Assembly (NCBI GenBank): GCA_963773065.1
Contig: CAVYZN010000023.1
Location: forward strand, 115,493-179,492
DNA from: an uncultured Gammaproteobacteria bacterium
Lineage (GTDB): Bacteria > Pseudomonadota > Gammaproteobacteria > UBA9214
Direction: 5' to 3'
Length of the DNA stretch: 64,000 bases
The notes beneath the pieces are model-generated. The model was given only the letters and a program-made list of their open reading frames with translations. It made no database searches and had not been told where the DNA came from. Positions 1 to 18,443 of the stretch are shown one piece after another; within the stretch, counting starts at the first letter, position 1, and the number at the start of each line of letters is the position of its first letter. Both the position numbers and the translations under genes were made by a program.

Positions 1-1728
<1,728 letters not shown>

Positions 1729-1811
1729 ACCGGATACCTCATCTTGTCAGTGGAGCGACTGCCTGCGTATTTCCACAATCAATGGACGGGTTAAAAAGTG
1801 CATCAACTACA

Positions 1812-2444
1812 TTATGACACATTAGCCGGATTGCGGTGCTTTGCCAACACATACACCTCGCGGCTTTTGGGGCGCGAAGCCCTGGGCTTGCGTATCCTGA
1901 CCGCATGGTAATGCGCGCGCAACGTCTTGACCAGTTCGTCAAACCCCTCGCCCTGGAAGGCCTTGAACAACAACACCCCGCTATCGCGCAGGACCCGGTC
2001 GGCAAAATCCGCCGCCAGTTCCGCCAGGTAGATGCTGCCCGGCTGGTCCACCGCATCCATACCCGTGATATTGGGGGCCATGTCGGACATTACAAGGTCG
2101 ACCCCGCCACCGGTGAGCATCCCCAGCAGCCGTTCCAGCACCGTGTCTTCGCGAAAATCCCCCTGCAGAAATTCCACTCCGGATAACGGTTCCATCGGCA
2201 GGATGTCCATGGCGATGATGCGGCCGGTGCCCTTGAGAAGCTGCGCGGCATACTGCGACCACCCGCCGGGCGATGCGCCCAGGTCGACGAGCGTCATGCC
2301 GGGCCTAAGAATACGGTCCTTGCGCTGGATTTCCTCGAGCTTGTACACGGCGCGCGAGCGGTAACCCTCGCGTTGCGCGCGCTTGACGAACTCGTCATCG
2401 AAATGCGATTTGAGCCACTGGTGGCTGCTCTTGCTTCTGCCCAT
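1812..2444 (-). CDS. rlmE: 23S rRNA Um2552 methyltransferase RlmE
   Basis: MGRSKSSHQWL, YRSRAVYKL, DLGASPGGWSQ, SDMAPN; upstream of ftsH as usual. Confidence 0.96.
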   Translation of the reverse strand: MGRSKSSHQWLKSHFDDEFVKRAQREGYRSRAVYKLEEIQRKDRILRPGMTLVDLGASPGGWSQYAAQLLKGTGRIIAMDILPMEPLSGVEFLQGDFREDTVLERLLGMLTGGGVDLVMSDMAPNITGMDAVDQPGSIYLAELAADFADRVLRDSGVLLFKAFQGEGFDELVKTLRAHYHAVRIRKPRASRPKSREVYVLAKHRNPANVS

Positions 2445-2460
2445 GTTCCTGAACCTGTTA

Positions 2461-2917
2461 TCAATCGATCCGGGCATCCCCATCCCTGCGCCCGACCGCC
2501 ACCAGGAGCAGGCCAAGCACACAGTTGACGAGATACACCCCGCTCGCCAGGCCGTGCGCCTGGGCAAAACGGGCGCTTTCCGTCAGTCCCGCGGCACGCA
2601 GTTCCGCGATCCACGGGGCGAGGACGAATTCTCCGAGCAGGATCAGGGCCAGCATCGCCACGATCACGATCGCACGCCAGGCGCGGGAAGCGCCGCTGCC
2701 GGCGCAGGTACCCGTTGATCGCCAGCAGGCCGCAGCCGCAGGCAAGCCCCGCATAGCTCATCACGCCGAAGAGGGCCCCGGCCAGGGTACCCGCCAGCGC
2801 CCGGTCCTCCAGTTGCGAAAACAGGAGCGGCGCCACGACGAACCCGGCCGTCCACAGGCCGCCGACCCAGAAGGTCAGGAGCGTGCGTTCCACCGCCTGC
2901 AGGTAGGGATTGGTCAT
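2461..2917 (-). CDS. DUF4149-like membrane protein (frameshift near 2690)
   Basis: Two ORF halves: LLTFWVGGLWTAGFVVAPLLF ... FAQAHGLASGVYLVNCVLG. Confidence 0.75.
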
Positions 2918-3130
2918 GGATCAGAACTCCTGGAATTCGGTTCAGCGCGTCGTTACAAGCCGCGGCGCAACGCGTTTAACAGGTTTTGTGGCAAGAATAG
3001 CGTGGGACTTGCCGTAAATCCGTTCTAGGTACACTGCATCCATGCGTCGATGACCGCCTAGCCGTTCCGACATCCCTGGTAGTCGTGCAGCTCTGTAGCG
3101 GTGAGAACAGGTTTACAGGGACGGCCACTT

Positions 3131-3603
3131 TTAGATGTAACGGACCTCGACGATCTCCAGGCTGCGCGCGCCGCCCGGGACCGTGACCGTAACGACATCG
3201 CCTTCCATCTTGGCGATGAGCGCCCGCGCAATCGGGGAATTGATCGAAATCTTGCCGGCCTTGATATCGGCCTCGTCCTCGCCGACGATCTGGTAGGTCA
3301 CGGACTCGCCCGTGTCCTCGTCCGCCAGCACCACCGTACTGCCGAACACGACCTTGCCGCCGGCATTCAAGGTGGTGACGTCGACGATATGGGCATGGCT
3401 CAGCTTGCCCTCGATCTCCTTGATGCGTCCCTCGGTAAAACTTTGCTGTTCGCGGGCGGCATGGTATTCGGCATTTTCCTTCAGATCGCCATGCGCGCGC
3501 GCCTCCGCGATGGCCTGGATGATGCGGGGGCGATCGAGCGTCTTCAACCTGAGCAGCTCCTCGCGCAATTTTTCCGCGCCTTTTGCCGTAATGGGGACCT
3601 TGG

Positions 3604-3607
<4 letters not shown>
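3131..3607 (-). CDS. greA: Transcription elongation factor GreA
   Basis: [25 protein letters not shown]. Confidence 0.97.
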
Positions 3608-6825
<3,218 letters not shown>

Positions 6826-6835
6826 GGGAATTCCG

Positions 6836-8023
6836 TCAGTGGCGCGATTTGCCGCCCGCCGCGCTCCCGACGATACCGCCGGCGGCGGCGACATACTGCC
6901 TGATCTGTTCGATGAAACGGTCGAACAGCGGCGCCACATCATGCGGCCCGGGACTCGCCTCCGGATGACCCTGGAAACAGAATGCCGGGCAGTCCGTGCG
7001 CGCGAGGCCCTGCAGGGAACCGTCGAACAGGGAGCGGTGGGTGGCCACCAGGCAATCCGGCAGGCTGCTCTCATCGACGGCGAAGCCGTGGTTCTGGCTG
7101 GTGATCATGACCCGCCCGCTCTCGAGGTCCTGCACCGGATGATTGGCCCCGTGATGGCCGAATTTCATCTTGACGGTCCGCGCCCCGCTCGCCAGCGCGA
7201 GCAACTGGTGCCCCAGGCAGATGCCGAACACCGGGATACCGGTCTTGAGCAGTTGCCGGATGGCCGCGATCGCATAATCACAGGGCTCCGGATCGCCCGG
7301 TCCATTGGAGAGAAAAACGCCGTCGGGCCGCATCGCCAGCACCGCATCGGCCGTGGTCCTGGCGGGCACCACGGTAATCCGGCAGCCGCGCGCGGCGAGC
7401 ATGCGCAGGATGTTGCGCTTGACGCCATAATCGTAGGCCACCACGTGATAGGGATACGCCGTCGCGGCATGGATCGCGGGCAGGCCCTGGTCCAGTGACC
7501 AGAGTCCCTGGCGCCAGTCATAGGCATTGGCGGTGCTCACGACCTGCGCGAGATCCATCCCCACCAGGCCGGGAAACTCCCGGGCCATGGCGATCGCTTC
7601 GGCCGTGTCGATATCCTCGCCGGCGACCAGGCAGCCGTTCTGGGCGCCCTTCTCGCGCAGCAGGCGCGTGAGGCGCCGGGTGTCGATATCGGCGATGCCG
7701 ATGACACCGCGCTGCCGGAGGTAGGCGTCGAGGGTCAGGCAACTGCGCCAGTTACTGGCGCGCGCGGGCAGATCGCGGATCACCAGTCCGGCACAGTGGA
7801 TCGATCCGGCTTCTTCATCCGCGGCGTTGGTGCCGACATTGCCGATGTGCGGGTAAGTCAGGGTGACGATCTGGCGGGCATAGGAAGGGTCGGTAAGAAT
7901 CTCCTGATAACCCGTCATGGCGGTGTTGAATACCACTTCACCGGCAATCCGCCCCTCGATACCGATCGATGCACCCCGAAACAGGCTGCCGTCTTCCAGG
8001 GCCAATAGGGCCGGTTTCCTCAA
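6836..8023 (-). CDS. carA: Carbamoyl-phosphate synthase small subunit
   Basis: [36 protein letters not shown]; TTG start inferred. Confidence 0.97.
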   Translation of the reverse strand: MRKPALLALEDGSLFRGASIGIEGRIAGEVVFNTAMTGYQEILTDPSYARQIVTLTYPHIGNVGTNAADEEAGSIHCAGLVIRDLPARASNWRSCLTLDAYLRQRGVIGIADIDTRRLTRLLREKGAQNGCLVAGEDIDTAEAIAMAREFPGLVGMDLAQVVSTANAYDWRQGLWSLDQGLPAIHAATAYPYHVVAYDYGVKRNILRMLAARGCRITVVPARTTADAVLAMRPDGVFLSNGPGDPEPCDYAIAAIRQLLKTGIPVFGICLGHQLLALASGARTVKMKFGHHGANHPVQDLESGRVMITSQNHGFAVDESSLPDCLVATHRSLFDGSLQGLARTDCPAFCFQGHPEASPGPHDVAPLFDRFIEQIRQYVAAAGGIVGSAAGGKSRH

Positions 8024-8047
8024 GAAAACCTCCGCGTCTGGACGTAG

Positions 8048-8079
8048 AAAACGGGAGGGTTCCCGCGGAACCATCCCGT
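8048..8079 (-). terminator. Intrinsic terminator/attenuator hairpin between dapB and carA
   Basis: Minus strand ACGGGATGGTTCC-GCG-GGAACCCTCCCGT followed by a T run. Confidence 0.6.
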
Positions 8080-8149
8080 CTCTTGAAACTGATGTGAACT
8101 GCTCGCTAGCGTGCTGCGAATTGTACTGGATTGTCAACGGGGCTGTCTA

Positions 8150-9013
<864 letters not shown>

Positions 9014-10150
9014 CTACATCTTCATGCCATCGAAGAACTTCTTCACGCCATCCAGCCAGGAATGGGTCTGCGGGCTGTGCCGGCTGCCGCCCTCGTCCAT
9101 TTCGCCGGCAAACTCCTGCAGCATCTCCTTCTGCTTGCGGCTCAGATTCACCGGGGTCTCGATAGTCACCTTGCAGATCAGGTCGCCGACCGGCCCGCCC
9201 CGCACCGGCTTTACCCCCTTGCCGCGGATACGGAACATCCTGCCGGTCTGGGTCTCCGGCGGGATCTTGAGATTCACGCGCCCATCGAGCGTGGGCACCT
9301 CCAGTTCACCGCCGAGCGCCGCCGTGACGAAACCGATCGGCACCTCGCAGTAGAGGTTGTTCTCTTCGCGCACGAAGATGGGATGCTGCCTGACCTGGAT
9401 CTGGACGTAGAGATCGCCGGGCGGACCACCGCTCTCACCGGCCTCGCCTTCACCGGCCAGGCGTATCCGGTCCCCGGTATCGACGCCGGCCGGGACCTTC
9501 ACCGACAGGGTCTTGCGCTCCTCGACGCGACCCTGGCCATGGCACTTCTGGCACGGGTCGGAAATGAGGGTGCCCTTGCCATGACAGCGCGGACAGGTCT
9601 GTTGCAGTGAAAAAAAGCCCTGCTGCATGCGGACCTGCCCGTGGCCTCCGCAGGTAGCGCAGGTCGTCGGAGTGCTGCCCTTGCGCGCCCCGCTGCCGCC
9701 GCACTCATCACAGGCCACCCGGGTCGGTACGCGGATCTTGACGCTGGTGCCGGCCACCGCGTCCTCCAGCGACAGGTCAAGGTTGTAGCGCAAGTCGGAA
9801 CCGCGGTAAACCCGCTGCCCGCCGGCGCCGCCGCGTCCGGCGCCGAAGATGTCGCCGAACACGTCACCGAAGATGTCACTGAAACTCGCCCCCGCGCCCG
9901 CCGATCCGCCACCGCCCATGGAGGGGTCCACGCCGGCATGGCCGAACTGGTCGTAGGCGGCGCGTTTGCGGGAATCGCTGAGCACCTCGTAGGCTTCCTT
10001 GCACTCCTTGAATTTGTTCTCCGCCCCCTTGTCGTCCGGATTGCGGTCCGGATGGTGTTTCTGCGCGGCGCGGCGATAGGCCTTCTTCAGTTCGGCTTCA
10101 CTGGCGTTTTTGGAAACACCGAGGACTTCGTAGTAATCACGTTTTGACAT
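9014..10150 (-). CDS. dnaJ: Chaperone DnaJ
   Basis: J domain HPD motif, four CxxCxGxG repeats. Confidence 0.98.
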   Translation of the reverse strand: MSKRDYYEVLGVSKNASEAELKKAYRRAAQKHHPDRNPDDKGAENKFKECKEAYEVLSDSRKRAAYDQFGHAGVDPSMGGGGSAGAGASFSDIFGDVFGDIFGAGRGGAGGQRVYRGSDLRYNLDLSLEDAVAGTSVKIRVPTRVACDECGGSGARKGSTPTTCATCGGHGQVRMQQGFFSLQQTCPRCHGKGTLISDPCQKCHGQGRVEERKTLSVKVPAGVDTGDRIRLAGEGEAGESGGPPGDLYVQIQVRQHPIFVREENNLYCEVPIGFVTAALGGELEVPTLDGRVNLKIPPETQTGRMFRIRGKGVKPVRGGPVGDLICKVTIETPVNLSRKQKEMLQEFAGEMDEGGSRHSPQTHSWLDGVKKFFDGMKM

Positions 10151-10418
10151 AAGGTCGGCAGTTAGTCTGGTTGCAGCCCGGATTGTTTACCGCAAAGAGG
10201 CAAGGTGCATCATGCCGCCGTAAAGTGCGGCAGGTCTTACCGGAAATTTCGACCGGGAATCCTCTCGGCATCCGTCAATCCGCCCTCAACCCCGCGTCCT
10301 GTCCAGTGACGCGGCTGCTCGTCTGCATTCGGCCTCGTGGACACGCCATCCACGACGAATGTCCGCCACCGGCACAAGCCGATGGCGGAGCTGGCGTCCG
10401 CGCACGTCAATCACACCG

Positions 10419-12362
10419 TCATTTGCGGCCGGCGTCTTTCACCTCTTCAAACTCCGCATCGACGACATCACCCTCCGCCCCGGCGCCAGCCTCGCCGGCC
10501 GCGCCACCCGCGGCGCCGGTACCCGCGGCTCCCTGCCCGGCCTGCTGCTCCTTGTAAACACGCTCGGCGAGTTTTCCGGATTTCTCACCCAGTTCACTGG
10601 TGCGTGCCTCGATGGCGCCCTTGTCGTCACCCTTCATGGCTTGCTGCAAGGCTTCGATGGCCGCCTTGATCTCCTTCTTCTCGGACTCGGTCACCTTCTC
10701 GCCAAGGTCCTTGAGCGACTTGTTGGTGGCATGGATTAGTCCATCCGCATGGTTGCGCGCATCGATCAGCTCATGGAACCTGCGGTCTTCCTCGGCATGC
10801 GCCTCGGCGTCCTTGACCATCTGATCGATTTCCGCATCCGACAATCCGCTCGAGGCCTTGATCTGGATCGACTGCTGCTTGCCGGTCGCCTTGTCCTTCG
10901 CCGAAACGTGCAGGATGCCGTTGGCGTCGATATCGAAGGTCACCTCGATCTGCGGCACGCCGCGCGGGGCCGTCGGGATATCGCTCAGATCGAACCGCCC
11001 CAGCGACTTGTTCGCGGAAGCCACGTCGCGTTCACCCTGCAGCACATGCACGGTAACCGCCGTCTGGTTGTCGTCCGCCGTCGAGAAGACCTGGTTAGCC
11101 TTGGTCGGGATGGTGGTGTTCTTTTCGATCAGTTTGGTCATCACCCCGCCCAGCGTCTCGATGCCGAGCGAGAGCGGCGTCACGTCGAGCAGCAGCACGT
11201 CCTTGACATGGCCCGACAGTACGCCGCCCTGGATCGCCGCACCGACCGCCACGGCCTCGTCGGGATTGACGTCCTTGCGCGGCTCCTTGCCGAAGAAATT
11301 CCTGACCACCTCCTGCACCTTGGGCATGCGGGTCTGGCCGCCCACCAGGATGATGTCATCGATCTGGCTGGTCGACATCCCGGCATCCTTGAGGGCGATC
11401 TTGCACGGCTCGATGGTCCGGTCGATCAGGTCCTCGACCAGGGCTTCGAGCTTGGCGCGGGTAAGCTTCATGTTGAGGTGCTTGGGCCCGCTGGCATCCG
11501 CGGTGATATACGGCAGGTTCACGTCGGTCTGCTGGCTTGAGGACAGCTCGATCTTGGCCTTTTCGGCCCCTTCCTTGAGTCGCTGCATGGCAAGCGGGTC
11601 ACCGCGCAGATCGATACCCTGATCCTTCTTGAACTCGTCCGCGAGGTAGTCGATCAGCCGCTTGTCGAAATCTTCACCGCCGAGGAAGGTATCGCCGTTG
11701 GTGGATAGCACTTCGAACTGGTGTTCGCCATCCACATCGGCGATCTCGATGATGGAGATATCGAAGGTGCCGCCGCCGAGATCGTACACGGCGATCTTGG
11801 AGTCGCCGCGCTTCTTGTCCATCCCATAGGCGAGCGCCGCCGCCGTCGGTTCGTTGATGATGCGTTTCACCTCCAGGCCGGCGATGCGTCCGGCATCCTT
11901 GGTGGCCTGACGCTGCGAGTCGTTGAAATAGGCCGGCACCGTGATGACCGCCTCGGTCACCTTCTCGCCCAGGTAATCCTCCGCCGTGCTCTTCATCTTC
12001 TGCAGCACACGGGCGGAGATTTCCGGCGGCGACATGCGCTTGCCGCCCGCTTCAACCCAGGCATCGCCGTTGTCCGCCTTGACGATCTTGTACGGCACCA
12101 GCTTGATGTCACGCTGGACGACGTCTTCCTGGAAGCGGCGGCCGATCAGGCGCTTGATCGCATTGAGGGTGTTGCGCGGGTTGGTGACCGCCTGGCGCTT
12201 CGCGGACTGACCCACCAGGATTTCATCATTGCCGGTGAAGGCCACGATGGAAGGCGTGGTGCGGTCCCCCTCGCTGTTTTCAATGACCCGCGGTTTACCC
12301 CCCTCCATGATGGCCACACAGGAATTGGTGGTGCCCAGGTCAATGCCGATAATCTTTGCCAT
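10419..12362 (-). CDS. dnaK: Chaperone DnaK
   Basis: [22 protein letters not shown], acidic [10 protein letters not shown] tail. Confidence 0.99.
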   Translation of the reverse strand: MAKIIGIDLGTTNSCVAIMEGGKPRVIENSEGDRTTPSIVAFTGNDEILVGQSAKRQAVTNPRNTLNAIKRLIGRRFQEDVVQRDIKLVPYKIVKADNGDAWVEAGGKRMSPPEISARVLQKMKSTAEDYLGEKVTEAVITVPAYFNDSQRQATKDAGRIAGLEVKRIINEPTAAALAYGMDKKRGDSKIAVYDLGGGTFDISIIEIADVDGEHQFEVLSTNGDTFLGGEDFDKRLIDYLADEFKKDQGIDLRGDPLAMQRLKEGAEKAKIELSSSQQTDVNLPYITADASGPKHLNMKLTRAKLEALVEDLIDRTIEPCKIALKDAGMSTSQIDDIILVGGQTRMPKVQEVVRNFFGKEPRKDVNPDEAVAVGAAIQGGVLSGHVKDVLLLDVTPLSLGIETLGGVMTKLIEKNTTIPTKANQVFSTADDNQTAVTVHVLQGERDVASANKSLGRFDLSDIPTAPRGVPQIEVTFDIDANGILHVSAKDKATGKQQSIQIKASSGLSDAEIDQMVKDAEAHAEEDRRFHELIDARNHADGLIHATNKSLKDLGEKVTESEKKEIKAAIEALQQAMKGDDKGAIEARTSELGEKSGKLAERVYKEQQAGQGAAGTGAAGGAAGEAGAGAEGDVVDAEFEEVKDAGRK

Positions 12363-12428
12363 TTTTTCAAGTCTCCATGTAACTTCATGAATAATCGGAT
12401 GATGCATCCAGACTGCCGCTACCCTCCT

Positions 12429-12457
12429 ACATGGGGACGGCAGGCAAATAAATCAAG
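12429..12457 (-). promoter_or_regulatory. Sigma32-type promoter for dnaK
   Basis: CTTGAT-N15-CCCCATGT on the minus strand. Confidence 0.65.
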
Positions 12458-13060
12458 CCTGAGGATTGGTGCTGGCGCCGCCGGAGTCCTCGGGCAACCG
12501 TGACACGATCACCATCGCCGGTCGCAGGAGGCGCTCGTTCAGCAGGTAGCCTTTCTGGACCACGGTCACCACGGTATTCGGTTCGATGTCCGCGCGCTCC
12601 TGCAGGGACACGGCCTGGTGAAAATCCGGATTGAACCGCTCGAGCTGCGGATTGACCTCCGTGATGCCGAATTTCCCCAGGACGGTCGTGAGCATCTGCA
12701 GGGTCAGTTCGACGCCCTCCTGCAACCTCGACCGGATCGACCTGCCCGCCCGCGAGGGCGGCGAGACCCATTTCCAGGCTGTCGCGCACCGGCAGCAATT
12801 CCTGCGCAAAACGTTCCAGGGCAAACTTGTGGGCGTTGGCCAGGTCACGCTCGGAACGCTTGCGCAGATTGTCCATTTCGGCCTGCAGACGCAGACACAG
12901 GTTCCAGTTCTCATCGACCTTGTTGCGGGCATCTTCCAGCAAGGTGGCCAGTTCCGGTTCCTGCGGCGGCGGGCGCCATGGCGGCCCCTGTATCAGGGGG
13001 GATCTCCGCCCCGGCCTGCTCAGCCGATTCCTCGGCGAGGTTATTTTCCTTATCCGACAT
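12453..13060 (-). CDS. grpE: Nucleotide exchange factor GrpE (frameshifted)
   Basis: [47 protein letters not shown] split across frames. Confidence 0.93.
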
Positions 13061-13147
13061 AGTGATACTCCATATTCCTCATCTTGTCGCAGACACGGAA
13101 TGGCAGGCGTATCGCCTGAAATGAATTCCGGTGACTGAATGTATGGG

Positions 13148-14191
13148 TTAATCTTTCTGTTTCAAGGCCGCGCCGAGCAAGCGCGCGGTCGCATCCACGA
13201 TGGGGATGATCCGTTCATAGGCCATGCGGGTGGGCCCGATGACCCCGAGCACACCCACGATACGGCCATCGATCTGGTAGGGGGCGGTCACCATACTGCA
13301 TTCATCCAGCGTCTGGTAGCCGGATTCATCGCCAATAAAAATCTGTATGCCCTCCGCCTGTACGCACTGGTCGAGGAGATGGAGGATTTCCCGCTTTTTA
13401 TTGAAGGCTTCAAACAGGTTGCGCAGTTTATCAATATCGCATAACTCATGGAATTCCATCAGGTTGGTCTGGCCGGCCATGACGTAACCCTCAGTCCGGT
13501 TCTGCTCCAGAATCTGATCCGCCATCTGCATCGCCGTCACCATCATGCGGTTCATGGTGGAACGCGTTTCCTGCATTTCACGCAACAGGATATCGCGTAC
13601 GGCCGCCAGATCCTTGCCGGTGAAATGCTCATTCAGGTAGTTCGATGCCTGCTGCAGTTCGGATGCACTGCATTGGCGCTCAATTGCGATGATGCGGTTC
13701 TGTACCTCACCCTTGCTGGTCACCAGGATCGCCAGCACCCGATTTTCCGACAATGGCAGAAACTCGACACGCCGGAAAATCGCCTGCTCGTGCTTCGGCA
13801 GCGTGACCACACCGGCCAGGTGAGTAATCCCGGACAACAGGCCGGACGTGGCCTCGATCAGCTCCTTCGGCGCCATCCCCACGTCGAACTCGGCACGCAA
13901 CTCCTCGATCGACAGGGTATCCAGTGGCTGCACCTTGAGCAGGATATCCACGAAAAAACGATAGCCCTGCACCGTGGGAACCCGTCCGGCCGAGGTATGC
14001 GGCGAGCGGATATACCCTAGCTCCTCCAGATCTGACATGACATTGCGGATGGTTGCCGGGCTGAGGTTAAGCCCCGCTTCCCGCGCCAGGGTTCTGGAAC
14101 CCACGGGCTGGCCATCGCGAATATAGCGGTCAATCAGCACCTTCAGCATATGCTGAGCACGTTCCGATATGTCGTGCGTCGTCTCTGTCAT
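13148..14191 (-). CDS. hrcA: Heat-inducible transcription repressor HrcA
   Basis: PVGSRTL, SPATIRNVMSDLE, PHTSAGRVPT, GVIGPTRMAY. Confidence 0.97.
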   Translation of the reverse strand: MTETTHDISERAQHMLKVLIDRYIRDGQPVGSRTLAREAGLNLSPATIRNVMSDLEELGYIRSPHTSAGRVPTVQGYRFFVDILLKVQPLDTLSIEELRAEFDVGMAPKELIEATSGLLSGITHLAGVVTLPKHEQAIFRRVEFLPLSENRVLAILVTSKGEVQNRIIAIERQCSASELQQASNYLNEHFTGKDLAAVRDILLREMQETRSTMNRMMVTAMQMADQILEQNRTEGYVMAGQTNLMEFHELCDIDKLRNLFEAFNKKREILHLLDQCVQAEGIQIFIGDESGYQTLDECSMVTAPYQIDGRIVGVLGVIGPTRMAYERIIPIVDATARLLGAALKQKD

Positions 14192-14240
14192 CGTCGTGAA
14201 AGGTGTGTGCCGCGAAAACATCGGCAGATGCGCTATCCGG

Positions 14241-14267
14241 CTGGCACTCTCAAATATAGAGTGCCAG
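14241..14267. promoter_or_regulatory. CIRCE operator
   Basis: CTGGCACTC-N9-GAGTGCCAG, 50 bp upstream of hrcA; consensus TTAGCACTC-N9-GAGTGCTAA. Confidence 0.9.
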
Positions 14268-14408
14268 TGCGCCGCATGCAACCGGCGCTTTGTCTGCCGC
14301 AGGAACAAGAAAACGGTTTCAGACCGCCGGCAACGGGTGGACTCGCGGGAGTTGGCGTACCTGTACCGTCATGATAGCTTTCCAGTCTGTCCATCCGAAA
14401 AGGCATCC

Positions 14409-15286
14409 ATGAATACTCCCTTCGAGCGCGTCGGCCTCATCGGCAAGTCCGGTGACCGCAACGTTTCGGCCGCCCTGCAGGCGCTGACTGCGCTGCTCGA
14501 ACGTCATCGCTTGCAGATCCTGCTGGATGAGGGCATTGCGGATATGCTTGCCGGGCGCCGCCTACCCGGTGGTTACGCCGTGACGTCATGGCCATGCAAT
14601 GCGACCTCGCCATCGTGGTCGGCGGCGACGGTACCCTGCTGAATGCAGCGCGCAGCCTGGTCGAGCCAGGCTGCGCCGTGCTGGGCGTCAATCTCGGGCG
14701 TCTCGGCTTTCTGGTGGATGTCTCGCCGGAAGAGATGGACACGCAACTCGACAGGATCCTCGACGGCGAATTCATCGAGGAGCAGCGTACGCTCTTGCAT
14801 GCCACGGTGACGAGAAAACGGGAACCGGTCGATGTCAGCACCGCCCTGAATGATGTCACCATACACAAGAAAGACATCGCGCGCATGATTGAGCTCGATA
14901 CCTGGATCGACGGGCATTTTCTGAACAGGAACCGCTCCGACGGCCTGATCGTCGCCACACCGACGGGTTCAACCGCCTACGCCCTGTCGGGCGGCGGGCC
15001 GATCCTGCACCCGAGCCTCGATGCCATCACCCTGGTACCCATCTGCCCGCATACACTCAGCAATCGCCCGATTGTCATCAACCACAACTCGAGCATCGAG
15101 ATCGTCATCCACGAGGGTACGCTGCAGGGCCAGATCTCCTGTGATGGCCAGATCAACCTGACGCTCAACCCCGGCGACCGGGTCACGGTGCGCAAACATG
15201 ATCATACCCTGCGTCTTGTTCACCCTCCCGGCCATGACTACTTTGATATGCTGCGCAAGAAACTGCGCTGGAGCGAACAGCCCTGA
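14409..15286 (+). CDS. nadK: NAD+ kinase (frameshift near 14570)
   Basis: GGDGTLL, GVNLGRLGFL, ALND, TPTGSTAY. Confidence 0.95.
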
Positions 15287-15430
15287 ACCATCGAATGCAT
15301 TCACCGCTGCCAGAACCTGTGGAACGACACGTCCGGACAAGCCGATACTACCGGAGTTCGAATTACGTCATTCGCGACACTCATCATCGCGACATCCGCG
15401 CGACGTGGTAGACTCCCTGGCTGAAACAAC

Positions 15431-17149
15431 ATGCTCTCGCATATCCATATCCGCAATTTCGCCATCGTCGACGAGATCGATGTCGAATTTGATGTCGGCC
15501 TGACGGCATTGACGGGAGAAACCGGCGCCGGCAAGTCGATACTGATCGACGCGCTGGGGTTGGTCCTTGGCGATCGTGCCGACAGCAATGTCATTCGACA
15601 CGGCTGCGAGCGCGCCGAGATCTCGGTCGGCTTCGCGATCCAGGACCTGCCGGCAATCGCCCGCTGGCTCGAGGACAGGGGGCTGCAGGCGGACGGTGAA
15701 TGCCAGTTGCGCCGCATCATCAATCAGGATGGCCGCTCACGCGGTTTCATCAACAACCTGCCGGTTCCCCTGCAGTCCCTGCGCGAACTGGGTGAACAAC
15801 TGGTCGATATCCACGGCCAGCATGAACACCAGTCCCTCCTGCATGCCTCCATCCAGCGCCAGCTGCTGGATGATTTCGCCGCCCACGAAACATCGCTGGC
15901 CGACATCGCCCGTCTCTTCAGGGACTGGAAATCGACCCGCGATGAACTCGAAGCCGTTACCCGCACCGAGCAGGACCGCGAGGCGCGCCTCGATCTGCTG
16001 CGCTACCAGTTGCAGGAGCTGGAGGCGCTGCATCTGGATGTGGATGAAATTACACACCTGGCCAGGGAACACAGCCGGCTGGCCAATGCCGGTGAGCTGT
16101 TGAGCGCCTGCCAGCGGGGCCTGGAGCGTCTGTATGACGATGAAACCGCTTCCGCGTATCGACAGATCAGCCAGACACTCACTGAAACGGAGCAACTGGT
16201 CAGGTTCGATGAACGCCTGATGGCAACCGCGCAACTCCTGGGCGAGATCCTGGTCCTGGTGCAGGAATGTGCCGACGGTCTCAGGCGCCAGGCGGAAGGG
16301 CTGGAAGTGGACCCTGAGCAGTTACGCACCCTGGAAACCCGCATCGGCATTATCCACGACCTGTCCCGCAAGCACCGCTGCGCCCCGGAACGACTGCCAT
16401 CCGTACAGGAAGCGATGCGCCAGGAACTTGCTTCCCTGGAAGCCGCCGATGAGCGGCGCGCCGGGTTGCAGTCCAGGCTGGCCACGCTGGAAAGCGCCTA
16501 TCTGGGGGCCGCCCAGCAGTTATCGGTGCGCCGCCGCAAGGCAGCCGGGCAATTTGGCAAACAGGTCACCGAGGCCATGCAGGCACTTGGCATGCCAGGT
16601 GGAATCTTCGGGGTCGATGTCCAGTACGACAAGAACAGGCCGTTTGGTCCGCACGGACTGGACAGCATCGCGTTCCTGGCGAGCGCCAACCCCGGACAGC
16701 CTGCGGGCGCGTTAGCCAGGGTGGCCTCCGGTGGCGAGTTATCGCGCATCAGCCTCGCCATCCAGGTCATGTCACCGCGCAGCGCCTGCATACCCACCCT
16801 GATCTTCGACGAAGTGGACAGCGGGATTGGCGGCGGGGTCGCCGAAATCGTCGGTCAGAAACTGCGTGCACTGGGTGCAGACCGGCAGGTATTCTGCGTC
16901 ACCCACCTGCCCCAGGTTGCCGCCCTTGCGCATCACCAATTACAGGTCACCAAACTCACGGGAGAGGACACCACCCGCACCCGTATCCGCAAACTGAACC
17001 AGGAAGAACGCGTCGACGAGCTGGCGCGCATGCTGGGCGGCATCGAGATCACCCGGCAGACCCGGGAGCATGCGCGCGATTTGATGGAACGCGCCCAGAA
17101 TGCCAAACCACCCGGAAGGAAAAAGAAATCCACACCGCGCGCCGGTTGA
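15431..17149 (+). CDS. recN: DNA repair protein RecN
   Basis: GETGAGKS, DIHGQH, ASGGELSR, FDEVDSG. Confidence 0.97.
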   Translation: MLSHIHIRNFAIVDEIDVEFDVGLTALTGETGAGKSILIDALGLVLGDRADSNVIRHGCERAEISVGFAIQDLPAIARWLEDRGLQADGECQLRRIINQDGRSRGFINNLPVPLQSLRELGEQLVDIHGQHEHQSLLHASIQRQLLDDFAAHETSLADIARLFRDWKSTRDELEAVTRTEQDREARLDLLRYQLQELEALHLDVDEITHLAREHSRLANAGELLSACQRGLERLYDDETASAYRQISQTLTETEQLVRFDERLMATAQLLGEILVLVQECADGLRRQAEGLEVDPEQLRTLETRIGIIHDLSRKHRCAPERLPSVQEAMRQELASLEAADERRAGLQSRLATLESAYLGAAQQLSVRRRKAAGQFGKQVTEAMQALGMPGGIFGVDVQYDKNRPFGPHGLDSIAFLASANPGQPAGALARVASGGELSRISLAIQVMSPRSACIPTLIFDEVDSGIGGGVAEIVGQKLRALGADRQVFCVTHLPQVAALAHHQLQVTKLTGEDTTRTRIRKLNQEERVDELARMLGGIEITRQTREHARDLMERAQNAKPPGRKKKSTPRAG

Positions 17150-17166
17150 AATACCCGGCAGGGGTA

Positions 17167-17586
17167 TTAACCCGCCTTGGTGCGACAGGCGGAACAGATC
17201 CCGTACATGTAGAGACAGTGGTCGGTCATTTCATAGCCGAGACGGACGGCAATGGCTTTCTGCCGCTCTTCGATCATTTCATCGATAAATTCATCGACCC
17301 GGCCGCATTTCACGCACAAGATATGATCGTGATGAACCCCCTCGTTGAGTTCGAACACGGAATGGCCCCCCTCGAAGTGATGGCGCTTTACCAGACCGGC
17401 TGCCTCGAACTGCGTCAACACCCGATAAACGGTCGCAAGTCCGATGTCCTCGCCGGTATCCAGCAAGGCCTTGTAGACGTCTTCCGCGCTGTGATGTCGG
17501 CTGCTGCTTTGCACCAGGATATCCAGAATCTTCACTCTGGGCAGGGTAACCTTCAGTCCGGCCTTGCGTAACTCACTGGATTCCAA
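17167..17586 (-). CDS. fur: Ferric uptake regulator
   Basis: [22 protein letters not shown], CxxC. Confidence 0.96.
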   Translation of the reverse strand: MESSELRKAGLKVTLPRVKILDILVQSSSRHHSAEDVYKALLDTGEDIGLATVYRVLTQFEAAGLVKRHHFEGGHSVFELNEGVHHDHILCVKCGRVDEFIDEMIEERQKAIAVRLGYEMTDHCLYMYGICSACRTKAG

Positions 17587-17673
17587 TGCGTACTCTCCTT
17601 TGCTAATGCCATCGTAGGCAGACTTGGGGTATCATGCAGCCGGCCATTCCGAGAGAATCCGACGGGTCTGCGG

Positions 17674-18135
17674 ATGAAAAAGCTTCTCATTATTATCACT
17701 TGCTTTGCAAGCCTGTTTACAGCGGCTTGCACCGCGTCACGGTTGCACCTGGTTCACAAGATAGATGTCCAGCAGGGCAATGTCGTCACCCAGGATATGG
17801 TCAACCAGTTGAAACCCGGCATGACCCGCAGCCAGGTCCAGTTCATCATGGGGTCTCCCTTGGTGGTCGATACCTTCCACCAGCATCGGTGGGATTACGT
17901 TTATTACTTCAAACCGGGTTACGGCGACGCCACCGAACAACGGGTCACGCTGTTATTCAATGATGACTCCCTCGCCAGCATCACCGGATCGGTACATCCC
18001 GAGGCGGGCGTTATCGTGGCGGGCGATAATAGCGCGCCGGTAACGGTGGTCGTTCCACCGTACGAGCGGGTGGAACCCGGATTATTGAACAAGATCTGGC
18101 ACTGGATAACCTTTCGCAAGCCCCCGGAATCCTAG
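17674..18135 (+). CDS. bamE: Outer membrane protein assembly lipoprotein BamE
   Basis: Lipobox [24 protein letters not shown]; divergent from fur. Confidence 0.93.
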   Translation: MKKLLIIITCFASLFTAACTASRLHLVHKIDVQQGNVVTQDMVNQLKPGMTRSQVQFIMGSPLVVDTFHQHRWDYVYYFKPGYGDATEQRVTLLFNDDSLASITGSVHPEAGVIVAGDNSAPVTVVVPPYERVEPGLLNKIWHWITFRKPPES

Positions 18136-18443
18136 CCCGCGCCTTTTTTCATGTCCTTGCCCCTGGCCGCGCGTTGTTTCCTGATTTCCTTGGGATCTGC
18201 GATCAACGGCCGGTAGATCTCGACGCGGTCACCGTTGCGCAGGGTGTCGGCGAGCTTGCACGGCTTGCCGAAGATACCGACCTTGTTGCTGTCGAGATCG
18301 ATTTCCGGAAATTGCTGCAGTATCCCGGAGTCGCGTATGGCCTGTTCCGCCGTTGTTCCTTCGTCAACCCGCAGTTCCAGAATCAACTGCCGCCGCGGCA
18401 AGGCGTAGGCAACTTCGACCGTGATTTGCTCAACGTTTCCCAT
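18132..18443 (-). CDS. ratB: RnfH/RatB ubiquitin-like protein
   Basis: [28 protein letters not shown]. Confidence 0.9.
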   Translation of the reverse strand: MGNVEQITVEVAYALPRRQLILELRVDEGTTAEQAIRDSGILQQFPEIDLDSNKVGIFGKPCKLADTLRNGDRVEIYRPLIADPKEIRKQRAARGKDMKKGAG

